DNA from: Chlorobiota bacterium
Lineage (GTDB): Bacteria; Bacteroidota; Bacteroidia; Bacteroidales; JAADJA01
DNA: 64,000 bases
Assembly: GCA_013151015.1 (NCBI GenBank)
Contig: JAADJA010000117.1
Coordinates: forward strand, 3,510-67,509
Direction of reading: 5' to 3'
Part shown: one piece after another, positions 15,211 through 24,689 of the stretch
Layout: each line of letters begins with the position of its first letter
Numbering within the stretch: position 1 is the first letter of the stretch
Program-made: the position numbers and the translations under genes
The notes under the pieces: model-generated
Database searches by the model: none
What the model saw: the letters and a program-made list of their open reading frames with translations, nothing else
What the model was told of the DNA's origin: nothing

Positions 15211-15612
15211 TCATCCCAATTTCACAACGTATTCCCCATTCCCTTCATCAATTGAAAAATCCAAAATAGCCAATGCACTATCCGCAGGACCTTTTATATT
15301 GTTACCGTTCAAACTAAAAGAAGAGCCATGACAGGGACAGGTTAGTTTGTTGTTTTCAATGGAATTGATCTGGCATCCAAGATGGGTACATTTTGAGGAC
15401 AAAAAACGGATATCGGATTTTTCCTTTACGATGATTATTTCACCATGAAAGCTAACCCCTTCCTGGATTTCCGGGGGAATACGGATAAAGCCGGGTTTTG
15501 TCAGTTCCGCCCCCCTTTTAACCGCCATTGCCCCGATTAACACAAAAGGCAGCATCAGCAACCAACTGAGCGACTTCAAAAAATCCTTTCTGCTTATCTT
15601 GTTGTTTGTCAA
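15211..15612 (-). CDS. Rieske [2Fe-2S] protein
   Basis: 133-aa ORF with an N-terminal anchor (SRKDFLKSLSWLLMLPFVLIGAMAV) and both cluster-binding boxes, CTHLGC and CPCHGS. Confidence 0.85.
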   Translation of the reverse strand: MTNNKISRKDFLKSLSWLLMLPFVLIGAMAVKRGAELTKPGFIRIPPEIQEGVSFHGEIIIVKEKSDIRFLSSKCTHLGCQINSIENNKLTCPCHGSSFSLNGNNIKGPADSALAILDFSIDEGNGEYVVKLG

Positions 15613-15627
15613 TACAAATTGCCCTTC

Positions 15628-17106
15628 CTATTGTTTGATCCATTTCCCTGTTTGCAGGACTTCCCTTCCTTTTGATATTTTATAAAAGTACATTCCCAAG
15701 GGCAATCTATTGGTGCTGATTTCAGCCGTTTCATCAAAGCCAATATCCATGACAACTTTGGAGTTAACATCGATCAACCGAAAATGCAACCCTTTTCCAA
15801 CTGCCTTTACCTGAATAAAAGAGTTGCCGGGATTTGGATACAGTTGAAAGTTGTCATTAGGGAAAGCATTATTTGGTTTCCCCGTTATCGGGTTTCCATA
15901 ATTCTCCGTAATCAACCGGATGTCCCGGGTTTTTCCATTTGGGAAATTCAGGTAATCCCAGCGGGTTATGGCCAGTAAGAATCCGCCAGCGGGAAGTGCA
16001 GTCAAATCCGAAAAAGCATATTGGCCGCCGCCACCCCAAAACCGGTGTTCAAGAACCTCCCCATCGAGGTTTGTGGTGAACAACGAAACCCATGAATCCT
16101 GCACGGGATTACTGCTCAGGTTCCGTGTCCCGCCAAAATAGATCGTATCCGTGTTTACAAAATCAAGTTTTCCGGGCGTATCGATGGAATCGGGAATACC
16201 AAAAGTGTAAGTATCTGTCACGTTTGCATTTTCATCCATAACATTAAAAGCCATGTCCATCTCCCAAGGGGAACCCGGGATGGGAGCAGATATGTACAAA
16301 CCCATTTTTATGTAATCAAAATCATCGATCAATTTATTTTGATCTTGTGGATGGATATTAATGTTCGCAGGAAAATCGTACACTATTTCAAAATTGAATT
16401 CACTATCAAATTGAAAGGTTTCAAAACCCGCACATAGATGGAATTTGCCGGTTCCAGGAATTTCAATAATTGTTGGGGGATAAGCCACGGTTTCCTCAAA
16501 AATCAGTTTCTTAACCTCATTGATGTTTTCATCAAACTCCCAAAGAATATAGTTTCCCTGAAGGGCCTCATAGCTCGTAGAACCAACAAACAACAGATTG
16601 CCATTGGAACGGACAATGGCATCCGAAATAACTTCCATGGTTTCAGCAGAGCCCAGGATCATTGAATTGACAAGGTTCAGGCTTTCATCGAACCATAGCA
16701 GGCATAATTGCTCGTCCTGGGTGTTTTTTTCCATCGCCTTGGCCCAAAAAAGCAAACCTGTTGGATCCACTTTCAAGAAGCCCTTTACAAGCACATCATA
16801 GTCCCCCACCTCATCCAGGTATAGACTGTCACTGAATTCAAGGTTGAAATCCGATTTATAAACCATATTGGAATAATTGGTGAATTTTTCCTGGTAATTT
16901 CCTGTAATTTCCCCACGGTGAACGGTCAGGAAAAGGATATCAAAATAGAGGTAATCCATGCTTTCGACATACTCATCCTCGGGTGTGGCAACCCATTTTT
17001 CAATTTGATTTTGTGAGGAAACAGCAATTGCCCCCATCATTAGCAAAAAAGTGAAAATTATTTTCCTGAATAGTATAGTTCGTATCATAATTGGCAAAAA
17101 TAGCAA
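15628..17106 (-). CDS. Hypothetical secreted protein with a type IX secretion C-terminal sorting domain
   Basis: 492-aa ORF with an N-terminal signal/anchor. The C-terminus LYPNPGNSFIQVKA...GMYFYKISKGREVLQTGKWIKQ is typical of T9SS CTDs. Confidence 0.7.
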   Translation of the reverse strand: MLFLPIMIRTILFRKIIFTFLLMMGAIAVSSQNQIEKWVATPEDEYVESMDYLYFDILFLTVHRGEITGNYQEKFTNYSNMVYKSDFNLEFSDSLYLDEVGDYDVLVKGFLKVDPTGLLFWAKAMEKNTQDEQLCLLWFDESLNLVNSMILGSAETMEVISDAIVRSNGNLLFVGSTSYEALQGNYILWEFDENINEVKKLIFEETVAYPPTIIEIPGTGKFHLCAGFETFQFDSEFNFEIVYDFPANINIHPQDQNKLIDDFDYIKMGLYISAPIPGSPWEMDMAFNVMDENANVTDTYTFGIPDSIDTPGKLDFVNTDTIYFGGTRNLSSNPVQDSWVSLFTTNLDGEVLEHRFWGGGGQYAFSDLTALPAGGFLLAITRWDYLNFPNGKTRDIRLITENYGNPITGKPNNAFPNDNFQLYPNPGNSFIQVKAVGKGLHFRLIDVNSKVVMDIGFDETAEISTNRLPLGMYFYKISKGREVLQTGKWIKQ

Positions 17107-17114
17107 AGTTTGGA

Positions 17115-18341
17115 TTAACTAAACCGGATCGCCTTCACCGGCGAAATCTTTGTGATAATATAAGTGGGTATCAATAGCATGAGGGTGCATAAAAGCAAGG
17201 TCCCGCCATTAATGTAGAGCAAGGGCATTAAATTGAGGTTGATGGGGATTTGTGAAACATAATAGGATTCCTGGTTGAGCTTAAAGATACCAAATTGTGC
17301 CTGGGCAATGCAAAGGCCGACACCGATGATGTTTCCCCAGAGCAATCCTTTCCCGATGATATAAACCGCATTGTAAATAAAAATCTTGCGGATGCTCATG
17401 TTTTTTGTCCCAAGGGCTTTTAAAACCCCGATCATATTTGTCCGTTCCAGTATAAGGATAAGCAAGGTTGAAACCATTGTTATCCCGGCCACCAGTACCA
17501 TCAGGGCAAGGATGATAATCACGTTCATGTCTTGGAGCTGCAGCCATTCAAAAATTTCAGGATAAAGTTGCTTAATGGTTTTGGAGTTGATTTTGTAGCC
17601 AATGGTTTCATAAACCAATTTCCCCATTTTATCCAGGTCATCAAAATCATCAATAAAAACCTCAAAGCCCCCGACCTGGTCTTTGTCCCATTTGTTCAGT
17701 TTCTGGATATGGGCTATATCACACAGCACATAAAGTTTGTCAAACTCCTCAAGGCCAGTTTCATAAATCCCGCTGATGTTGAATTTCCGCCCCCGGGGCT
17801 GCATTTCACTTTTTACCACAAAATACATCCGCAGCGGATCATCAACTTTGAGATTCAAGCGTGTGGCAAGGCTCCTGGAAATAATCACATCATCGGTCCG
17901 CACAGTATCGCTCACTTTGAAAGTTTTCCCCTTTCTCATTTTACTTTTAAAATACGACCAATCGAAATCGCTGCCTATACCTTTTAGAATAACCCCTTCA
18001 ATCTGGTCGGCGGTTTTAATGATGCCCGCTTTTTGGGCAAAAACCTGGATATGCCTGATTCCCTCCACTGTATCGAGAGAGGGGTAAAACGGCTGGTTTT
18101 TGTCGATGGGCGTTGCTTCGTAAGATGAGTTCACCTCAAAGTTCCCGATTTGTATATCGGCCCCAAAACCAACAACCTTTCGCCTAATTTGCTTCTGAAA
18201 TCCGGTAACAATGGCCACGGAAACTATCATCACCGCAAGGCCAAGCGCAACACTGATAATCCCGAGCCGCACAATAGGCCTGGAAAAACCGCCCTTGCTT
18301 TTCGAGAAAATCCGGTTTGCTATAAAAAGTTCGAAATTCAA
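17115..18341 (-). CDS. FtsX-like ABC transporter permease of the LolC/LolE family
   Basis: 408-aa ORF with N-terminus MNFELFIANRIFSKSKGGFSRPIVRLGIISVALGLAVMIV, a large periplasmic loop and a C-terminal 3-TM FtsX domain. Confidence 0.85.
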   Translation of the reverse strand: MNFELFIANRIFSKSKGGFSRPIVRLGIISVALGLAVMIVSVAIVTGFQKQIRRKVVGFGADIQIGNFEVNSSYEATPIDKNQPFYPSLDTVEGIRHIQVFAQKAGIIKTADQIEGVILKGIGSDFDWSYFKSKMRKGKTFKVSDTVRTDDVIISRSLATRLNLKVDDPLRMYFVVKSEMQPRGRKFNISGIYETGLEEFDKLYVLCDIAHIQKLNKWDKDQVGGFEVFIDDFDDLDKMGKLVYETIGYKINSKTIKQLYPEIFEWLQLQDMNVIIILALMVLVAGITMVSTLLILILERTNMIGVLKALGTKNMSIRKIFIYNAVYIIGKGLLWGNIIGVGLCIAQAQFGIFKLNQESYYVSQIPINLNLMPLLYINGGTLLLCTLMLLIPTYIITKISPVKAIRFS

Positions 18342-18399
18342 ATTACTGATTTTAAAGCAAAATTATTAAAATCCCATCAGCAGACTAATTTTAATTTCA

Positions 18400-18407
18400 T
18401 AAATTTG
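18400..18407 (+). promoter_or_regulatory. Candidate -7 box TAAATTTG
   Basis: A TAnnTTTG match 22 nt upstream of the ATG at 18429. Confidence 0.4.
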
Positions 18408-18428
18408 GCTTTTCAAAACTGAAACTTT

Positions 18429-19025
18429 ATGAATCGACAACAACAAGTACAAATCTGTAAGCTTTGCGAAGATCAAAAATTCGATGCAAGCCAGGGAATC
18501 ATTTGCGGTGTAACCAATGCTGTTCCCACATTCTCGGAAACTTGTGAAATTTTTAAGCCCCTTAACAATTCCAACATTGAGGAAATAAAAAAAACACAGG
18601 AAATCAATAATGCCATAGCCAAAAACGATACTGTTGCCCACGTAAAAAAAGGAGCCAATTGGTTTTACTGGATTGCCGCATTTTCAATAATCAACTCATT
18701 GATTATTTATTTTGGAGGAAATGTAAGCTTCATCGTTGGTCTTGGAGCTACCCAATTAGTTGATGGGATTATATTTGGAATGACAGGTGAATATAGTCTT
18801 ATAGGCCTTATTCCCAACATTCTCATTGCCGGTGTATTTGTGGTTTTTGGGTATTATTCAGGAAAACTGCATAAATGGGCATTCCTTACCGGAATTATTA
18901 TTTATTCAATTGATGCGCTTATTTTTCTCCTTGTTCCAGATTGGCTTTCAATAGGGTTTCATGTTTTCGCAATTGCAATGATTGTACGTGGTTATGTAAA
19001 GATAAATGAAATAGAAACCTTATGA
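18429..19025 (+). CDS. Hypothetical membrane protein with an N-terminal CxxC...C motif
   Basis: 198-aa ORF with CKLCEDQKFDASQGIICG followed by about four hydrophobic segments. Its stop overlaps the next start (ATGA), suggesting translational coupling with the DUF1343 gene. Confidence 0.6.
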   Translation: MNRQQQVQICKLCEDQKFDASQGIICGVTNAVPTFSETCEIFKPLNNSNIEEIKKTQEINNAIAKNDTVAHVKKGANWFYWIAAFSIINSLIIYFGGNVSFIVGLGATQLVDGIIFGMTGEYSLIGLIPNILIAGVFVVFGYYSGKLHKWAFLTGIIIYSIDALIFLLVPDWLSIGFHVFAIAMIVRGYVKINEIETL

Positions 19026-20221
19026 AAATCCCTCTTTCCGTCTTTTTAACATTTTTTATCCTCAGTACATTTTCCTGTTCACAGGCAAATCAAAATCAAG
19101 AAGGAGAAAAAATTATCCTTACGGGAGCCGATCAAACGAATCTTTATCTTCCTTTACTCAGTGGTAAAAAGGTGGCCATTGTCGCCAACCAAACTTCCAT
19201 AATCGGGAACACACATCTTGTTGATAGTTTGTTGTCACTTGGTGTTGACATTGTGAAAGTTTTCGGGCCGGAACACGGTTTGAGGGGAAATGCCGGCGCA
19301 GGTGAAAAAGTGAAAAGCGCAACCGATGATAAAACCGGTTTGCCCTTGATTTCCCTTTACGGAAAACACAAAAAGCCCACACCGGATGATTTGACCGGAA
19401 TCGACATGGTTGTTTTCGATATTCAGGATGTGGGCGTACGGTTTTACACGTATATCTCCACAATGAGTTATGTGATGGAAGCTTGTGCCGAAAACGATGT
19501 GGAAATGTTAGTCCTTGACCGGCCCAACCCAAACGGGTTTTATGTGGACGGGCCATTATTGGAACCAGAGTTCAGTTCCTTTGTGGGGATGCACCCTGTT
19601 CCGGTGGTTTACGGAATGACCATGGGCGAATATGCCCAAATGGTACACGGTGAGATGTGGTTGGAAAATGGGGCAAAATGTGATTTAAAAATAATCCCCC
19701 TTAAAAATTACACACACGATTCACTTTATGAACTTCCTGTCAGGCCATCTCCCAATTTGCCCAATATGGATGCGATTTACCTTTATCCTTCCCTGTGTTT
19801 TTTTGAAGGGACCATCATCAGTGTGGGACGCGGCACGGAAATACCGTTCCAGATTATCGGCCATCCCGAATATCGTGACGGGAAAACGGTTTTCACCCCA
19901 AAATCCATCATTGGTGTTGCACCCCATCCAAAATATGAAGGCGAGGTGTGTTACGGTTTTATTTTGAAAGATTCGGTGGAAAATCCAATTTTAACAGAAA
20001 AGAAACTTCATCTTTCCTGGTTGATCGAAATGCACAAATATTTTAAAGGCAATGATGACTTCTTCAATATTTTTTTCGATAAATTGGCCGGAACGGATAA
20101 ACTAAGAAATCAAATCCTCGAAGGGAAAACCGAAAAAGAAATAAGGGCAAGCTGGAAAGCGGATTTGGAAAGTTTTAAAAAGATCAGGGAGAAGTATTTG
20201 CTTTATGGGGATTTTGAATAA
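19022..20221 (+). CDS. DUF1343 family protein (exo-beta-N-acetylmuramidase NamZ-like)
   Basis: 399-aa ORF. The sequence VAIVANQTSIIG..HLVDSL...VKVFGPEHGLRG and DIQDVGVRFYTYIST match my memory of DUF1343. Confidence 0.75.
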   Translation: MKIPLSVFLTFFILSTFSCSQANQNQEGEKIILTGADQTNLYLPLLSGKKVAIVANQTSIIGNTHLVDSLLSLGVDIVKVFGPEHGLRGNAGAGEKVKSATDDKTGLPLISLYGKHKKPTPDDLTGIDMVVFDIQDVGVRFYTYISTMSYVMEACAENDVEMLVLDRPNPNGFYVDGPLLEPEFSSFVGMHPVPVVYGMTMGEYAQMVHGEMWLENGAKCDLKIIPLKNYTHDSLYELPVRPSPNLPNMDAIYLYPSLCFFEGTIISVGRGTEIPFQIIGHPEYRDGKTVFTPKSIIGVAPHPKYEGEVCYGFILKDSVENPILTEKKLHLSWLIEMHKYFKGNDDFFNIFFDKLAGTDKLRNQILEGKTEKEIRASWKADLESFKKIREKYLLYGDFE

Positions 20222-20288
20222 TGAGTTTCACAATGAGAACATTGATAATCACAAATGAATTATTATCTTTTTGACAAATAAAACAACA

Positions 20289-23018
20289 ATGAAACAATTT
20301 ATTATCATATTGACAGTCATTTGTATGCAATTTGGATTCATCCATGCACAAAACACAATTCAAATAGAATTTGAAAAAAACGGGGAAATCTATTTTCAAT
20401 TCAATGTTGAATCGCAAAAGGAAACCGATTGGTTCGGCAAAATTGTTTCCATTGATAATTTACAAAATGAAATTGTCACAGCCTATGCCAATGAAAATGA
20501 ATTCAATAGTTTTTTGAAATCGGGAAAAGATTACAAACTTCTCCCGCATCCCAATGAAAATTTCAATCCAAAAATGGTCACCTATGATGAATTGAAAAAT
20601 ACAAATGCCTGGGATGTTTACCCCACTTATGATGCCTATGTGGCCATGATGTACCAGTTTGAAACAGATTACCCGGCAATTTGTGATGTTTTCAGTATCG
20701 GGCAAACGGTGAATGGAAGGGAGCTTTTGGTGGCCAAAATTTCCGACAATATAAATACCGATGAAGATGAACCTGAATTTCTTTACACTTCTTCAATGCA
20801 TGGTGATGAAATTGCCGGATATGTTTTTATGCTAAGGTTAATCGATTCACTTTTGACAAACTACGGGAGTGTGCAAAGGATTACCGATTTGATAAATAAT
20901 ATGGAAATCTATATCAATCCGCTGGCAAACCCTGATGGGACATACAATGGTGGAAATTCCACTGTGAGTGGTGCAAAGCGAACAAACGGGAACAACGTTG
21001 ATTTCAACCGGAATTTCCCCGACCCGGAAGATGGCCCACATCCCGATGGAAATGCGTACCAACCAGAAACCCTCGCCTTTATGGCATTTGCAGAGAGCCA
21101 TCATTTTGTGATGTCGTGCAATATGCACGGTGGTGCCGAAGTCTGTAATTATCCCTGGGATACGTGGTATGCTTCACAAACCCTTGCTGTTGACAATGAC
21201 TGGTGGATCCATGTTTGCCGGGAATATGCAGATACTGTCCACGACAATGCACCTGCAAGCTATATGGATGGATGGGACAATGGGATTACACATGGTGCAA
21301 CCTGGTATTCCATTTCCGGCGGGAGACAGGATTTCATGAATTATTTTCAGCAATGCCGGGAATTTACGCTGGAACTCTCGAACACAAAACTATTGCCCGA
21401 ATACCAACTGAACACATATTGGGGTTACAACCGCCGATCATTCCTCAATTATATGGAACAGTCACTTTACGGTTTTCGAGGGATCGTTACAGATGCAAAT
21501 ACCGGCCAACCAATCAAAGCAGAAATTTATATCCTAAACCATGAACTCGACAGCTCGTGGGTTTATTCAAGTTTGCCGGTTGGGGATTACCACCGTCCTG
21601 TTTTAGCAGGAATTTACGATGTCAGGTATTCGGCACCGGGATATATCGCTGATACGGTTTTTAATCTCAATATCATAAATGAAACTACGGTAGTCCTGGA
21701 TGTACAACTCTTCCCGGTAGGATTGATGGCCGAATTTTCAGCCAATACAACAAGCATAACCCCAGGCGAAACCATCAATTTCACTGACCTGTCTTTTGGC
21801 AACCCAACAAGCTGGCAATGGACTTTTGAAGGGGGAACGCCCTCATTCTCGTCAATACAAAACCCACCAGGGATACTTTACAACGCACCCGGAATTTATT
21901 CAGTCACCCTTATGGTTTCGGATGGAAGCGAAAACGACACCTTGATAAAAACGGATTATATTTCCGTTGGGAACGAATATTTAATGGGAAACTCGACAAT
22001 CACAACCTGTTCCGGAACATTTTTCGATTCAGGTGGTGACAGCGGATATTACTCAAACAATGAAAATTACACAATGACTTTTTTTCCGGCAGCGCAAAAC
22101 GGAAAAACCAAAATGGATTTTACGGAATTTGATGTGGAATACCAGTCCAATTGCGGTTATGATATTTTGGTGGTTTATGATGGACCCGACAATACCGCCC
22201 CTGTCCTTGGGTTTTATTGCGGAACCAATTCGCCCGGAATGCTTATTTCGACCCATGTAACGGGTGCGCTTACTTTTCTGTTCTTTTCGGATGGCTCTGT
22301 AACCCGCACCGGATGGAAAGCCACTATTTCCTGCGAACTGCAACCCATTGTCCTCGATCTAAAAGTTTTTCTGGAAGGGCCTTTCAACGAGACCAATATG
22401 GGAACGGTTTTAAATACCGGCAATCAAATTGCCATTTCCCAACCTTATTCCGGTTCTCCCTGGAATTACACCGGAACCGAAAATGTGGTTTCCATCCCGA
22501 ACACAAATATTGTTGATTGGGTTTTGGTCGAACTCCGGGATGCGACAAATGCCGTTTCGGCCACTTCGGGAACGATGATTGCCCGGCAAGCTGCTTTTCT
22601 GTTGAATGACGGCTCCGTTGTTGGTTTGGATGGGTTTTCCAACCTATCGGTCAATCAGGCATTCTCAAATTCATTGTTTGCCATAATATATCACCGCAAC
22701 CATCTCGGGATTATGTCAGCCAACCCATTGACCGAATCGGGAGGGGTTTACGCATATGATTTCACAAACCCGGCAGATCAAGCGTTTGGAACAGATGCAC
22801 AAAAGAACCTGGGAAGCAATTTTTACGGGATGTTTGCCGGGGATGCCAATGCAGACAAAACGATTGACGATCTGGATAAATCGGGTTCATGGGACTTTGA
22901 AAGCGGTCTTTCCGGTTACCTTTCCTCTGACCTTAACCTGGATGGAGAATCAAATAATTTAGATAAAAATGATTTTTGGTTGCCAAATTATGGGGAAGTT
23001 GGAAATGTGCCGGATTAG
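20289..23018 (+). CDS. M14 zinc carboxypeptidase with PKD, CUB-like and C-terminal dockerin/EF-hand-like repeat regions
   Basis: I trimmed the ORF to MKQFIIILTVICMQFGFIHAQ. It has the HGDE zinc motif, NPDG and NMHGG. The PKD-like segment is FSANTTSITPGETINFTDLS...YSVTLMVSDG. The CUB-like segment is CSGTFFDSGG...YDILVVYDG...GWKATISC. Near the C-terminus is DANADKTIDDLD...DLNLDGESNNLD. Confidence 0.8.
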   Translation: MKQFIIILTVICMQFGFIHAQNTIQIEFEKNGEIYFQFNVESQKETDWFGKIVSIDNLQNEIVTAYANENEFNSFLKSGKDYKLLPHPNENFNPKMVTYDELKNTNAWDVYPTYDAYVAMMYQFETDYPAICDVFSIGQTVNGRELLVAKISDNINTDEDEPEFLYTSSMHGDEIAGYVFMLRLIDSLLTNYGSVQRITDLINNMEIYINPLANPDGTYNGGNSTVSGAKRTNGNNVDFNRNFPDPEDGPHPDGNAYQPETLAFMAFAESHHFVMSCNMHGGAEVCNYPWDTWYASQTLAVDNDWWIHVCREYADTVHDNAPASYMDGWDNGITHGATWYSISGGRQDFMNYFQQCREFTLELSNTKLLPEYQLNTYWGYNRRSFLNYMEQSLYGFRGIVTDANTGQPIKAEIYILNHELDSSWVYSSLPVGDYHRPVLAGIYDVRYSAPGYIADTVFNLNIINETTVVLDVQLFPVGLMAEFSANTTSITPGETINFTDLSFGNPTSWQWTFEGGTPSFSSIQNPPGILYNAPGIYSVTLMVSDGSENDTLIKTDYISVGNEYLMGNSTITTCSGTFFDSGGDSGYYSNNENYTMTFFPAAQNGKTKMDFTEFDVEYQSNCGYDILVVYDGPDNTAPVLGFYCGTNSPGMLISTHVTGALTFLFFSDGSVTRTGWKATISCELQPIVLDLKVFLEGPFNETNMGTVLNTGNQIAISQPYSGSPWNYTGTENVVSIPNTNIVDWVLVELRDATNAVSATSGTMIARQAAFLLNDGSVVGLDGFSNLSVNQAFSNSLFAIIYHRNHLGIMSANPLTESGGVYAYDFTNPADQAFGTDAQKNLGSNFYGMFAGDANADKTIDDLDKSGSWDFESGLSGYLSSDLNLDGESNNLDKNDFWLPNYGEVGNVPD

Positions 23019-23029
23019 TGGGATACATG

Positions 23030-23076
23030 AACCTTTTGAGTCGAAGACGGCCAAAGCGTTGGAGACCCGAAAGGTT
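23030..23076. terminator. Stem-loop downstream of the M14 peptidase gene
   Basis: 7-bp stem AACCTTT(23030-23036)/AAAGGTT(23070-23076), 12 nt after the stop at 23018. Confidence 0.4.
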
Positions 23077-23114
23077 GAATATCTTTATTGGCTTAATTAA
23101 TAGGTCTAAAACCA

Positions 23115-23687
23115 ATGACTACAAACTACACAGAAGACAAAACCTTCAAAAATAAAAACTATTCTGAAACGGGGTTTCCTAAAGGAGAATATGAGAACTG
23201 TTCATTTTCCAATTGTGTTTTTTCAAATACCGATTTGTCGGAAATAAAGTTTGTTGAATGTAATTTTGAAAATTGTGATTTGAGCAATGCCAAATTAATT
23301 GGGACGGCCTTTCAGGAGGTAAATTTCAAAAACTGTAAGCTCCTTGGCCTGCATTTCGATGATTGCAATACATTCCTTCTCTCATTCCGGTTTGAGGATT
23401 GTACCCTTAATTTTTCTTCTTTCTTTAAGTTGAAACTGAAAAGTACATTCTTGAAAAATTGCAAATTGGAAGAAGTTGAATTTATCGAATCCGACCTAAC
23501 AAATTCTGTTTTCGATAATTGCGACCTGAACCGGGCAGTTTTCGGGAACACTATCCTTGAGAAAACCGATTTCCGCACTTCCTTTAATTTCTCAATCGAC
23601 CCCGAAACGAACAGGGTCAAGAAAGCAAAATTCCCGGTTCAGGGGATTGTCGGGCTATTGGATAAATACGATATTGTAATCGAATGA
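23115..23687 (+). CDS. Pentapeptide repeat protein
   Basis: 190-aa ORF with obvious A(D/N)LxX-type repeats (NCSFSNCVFSNTDLSEIKFVECNFENCDLSNAKLIG...). Confidence 0.85.
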   Translation: MTTNYTEDKTFKNKNYSETGFPKGEYENCSFSNCVFSNTDLSEIKFVECNFENCDLSNAKLIGTAFQEVNFKNCKLLGLHFDDCNTFLLSFRFEDCTLNFSSFFKLKLKSTFLKNCKLEEVEFIESDLTNSVFDNCDLNRAVFGNTILEKTDFRTSFNFSIDPETNRVKKAKFPVQGIVGLLDKYDIVIE

Positions 23688-23697
23688 TCAAAAACCT

Positions 23698-24600
23698 TTA
23701 TTGAACCGTTAGTTTCACCCTCTCAACAAAACGAACTCCATCATACAATAAAACAATATAAACCCCGGGTTTAAAACCACCCTTTTGGATAGGAATACTT
23801 TCCCTGCCGGAAACCGCTATTTCCTTGATAGTTTTCCCAAACACATCCACAATAATGATCCGGCCATTTTTCAATTGTTTATTTATCCCTATTACTGAAT
23901 TGCTGACAAGTGGCATCGGGAAAATAGTAATCCCTTGTTTGTTTTCAGGAGTTTCAGGGGTTGAAACAGTTGTCATAAAGCAATAGGGCCAGTCAGGGTT
24001 CGAAAAAACTTTTGTGCCATCCTGCCATTCACAAAGCATGTCGTACCAACTTCCTGTTAAGGGTACGGCTTGAAATCCACTGTTCAGGATACCTGCCATG
24101 CTCCCAATCCCTTCAATCCATGATTCTTCAGTAGCCCAACCAACTTCAGGGGCTGTAAGAACAATGCGCTTTCTGTATTGCCCCAAGGGTGAAACAAACA
24201 CAGAATCAACGGATAAAACCTCCACCTGAAATTGCCATGAACTTGGGTTGTAAATGGTAAATGTATCCCCTACCTGAACATCAAACCTATAAATTAAACC
24301 TCCATAAAAATTATTGGAGAGACAATACACATCCCCGTTTTCATCTGAACGGATATATCCGTTTGGTGTCCATGACTGGTAATTTTCATCTTCCGATTGC
24401 CAAACTTTCACGTATGTCAATTGATCGATAACCGTATCGCCCATGAATTTATGGTAGTAAGTCTTTTTATACCAGGGCGGGAAATTCGTATATTCCATGT
24501 AACTCCACATTTTCCCGGGATCAACAATTTGCAAACCATCTTGTGCATTGGCAGAAAAGAAGAGTCCTGCAAGGACGAAAATAAACACTGCTTTTTTCAT
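23698..24600 (-). CDS. Hypothetical secreted protein with a T9SS C-terminal sorting domain
   Basis: I trimmed the ORF to MKKAVFIFVLAGLFFSANAQ (ATG at 24600). The C-terminus IFPMPLVSNSVIGI...GVYIVLLYDGVRFVERVKLTVQ is CTD-like. Confidence 0.7.
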   Translation of the reverse strand: MKKAVFIFVLAGLFFSANAQDGLQIVDPGKMWSYMEYTNFPPWYKKTYYHKFMGDTVIDQLTYVKVWQSEDENYQSWTPNGYIRSDENGDVYCLSNNFYGGLIYRFDVQVGDTFTIYNPSSWQFQVEVLSVDSVFVSPLGQYRKRIVLTAPEVGWATEESWIEGIGSMAGILNSGFQAVPLTGSWYDMLCEWQDGTKVFSNPDWPYCFMTTVSTPETPENKQGITIFPMPLVSNSVIGINKQLKNGRIIIVDVFGKTIKEIAVSGRESIPIQKGGFKPGVYIVLLYDGVRFVERVKLTVQ

Positions 24601-24689
24601 AACGATATTTTTGGTTTGTACTTCGGCTGAACAGGATTGCGAAAAAAGCAAACTTGTTCACTCTTTATGGCTGGTTATTAATCAGACAA

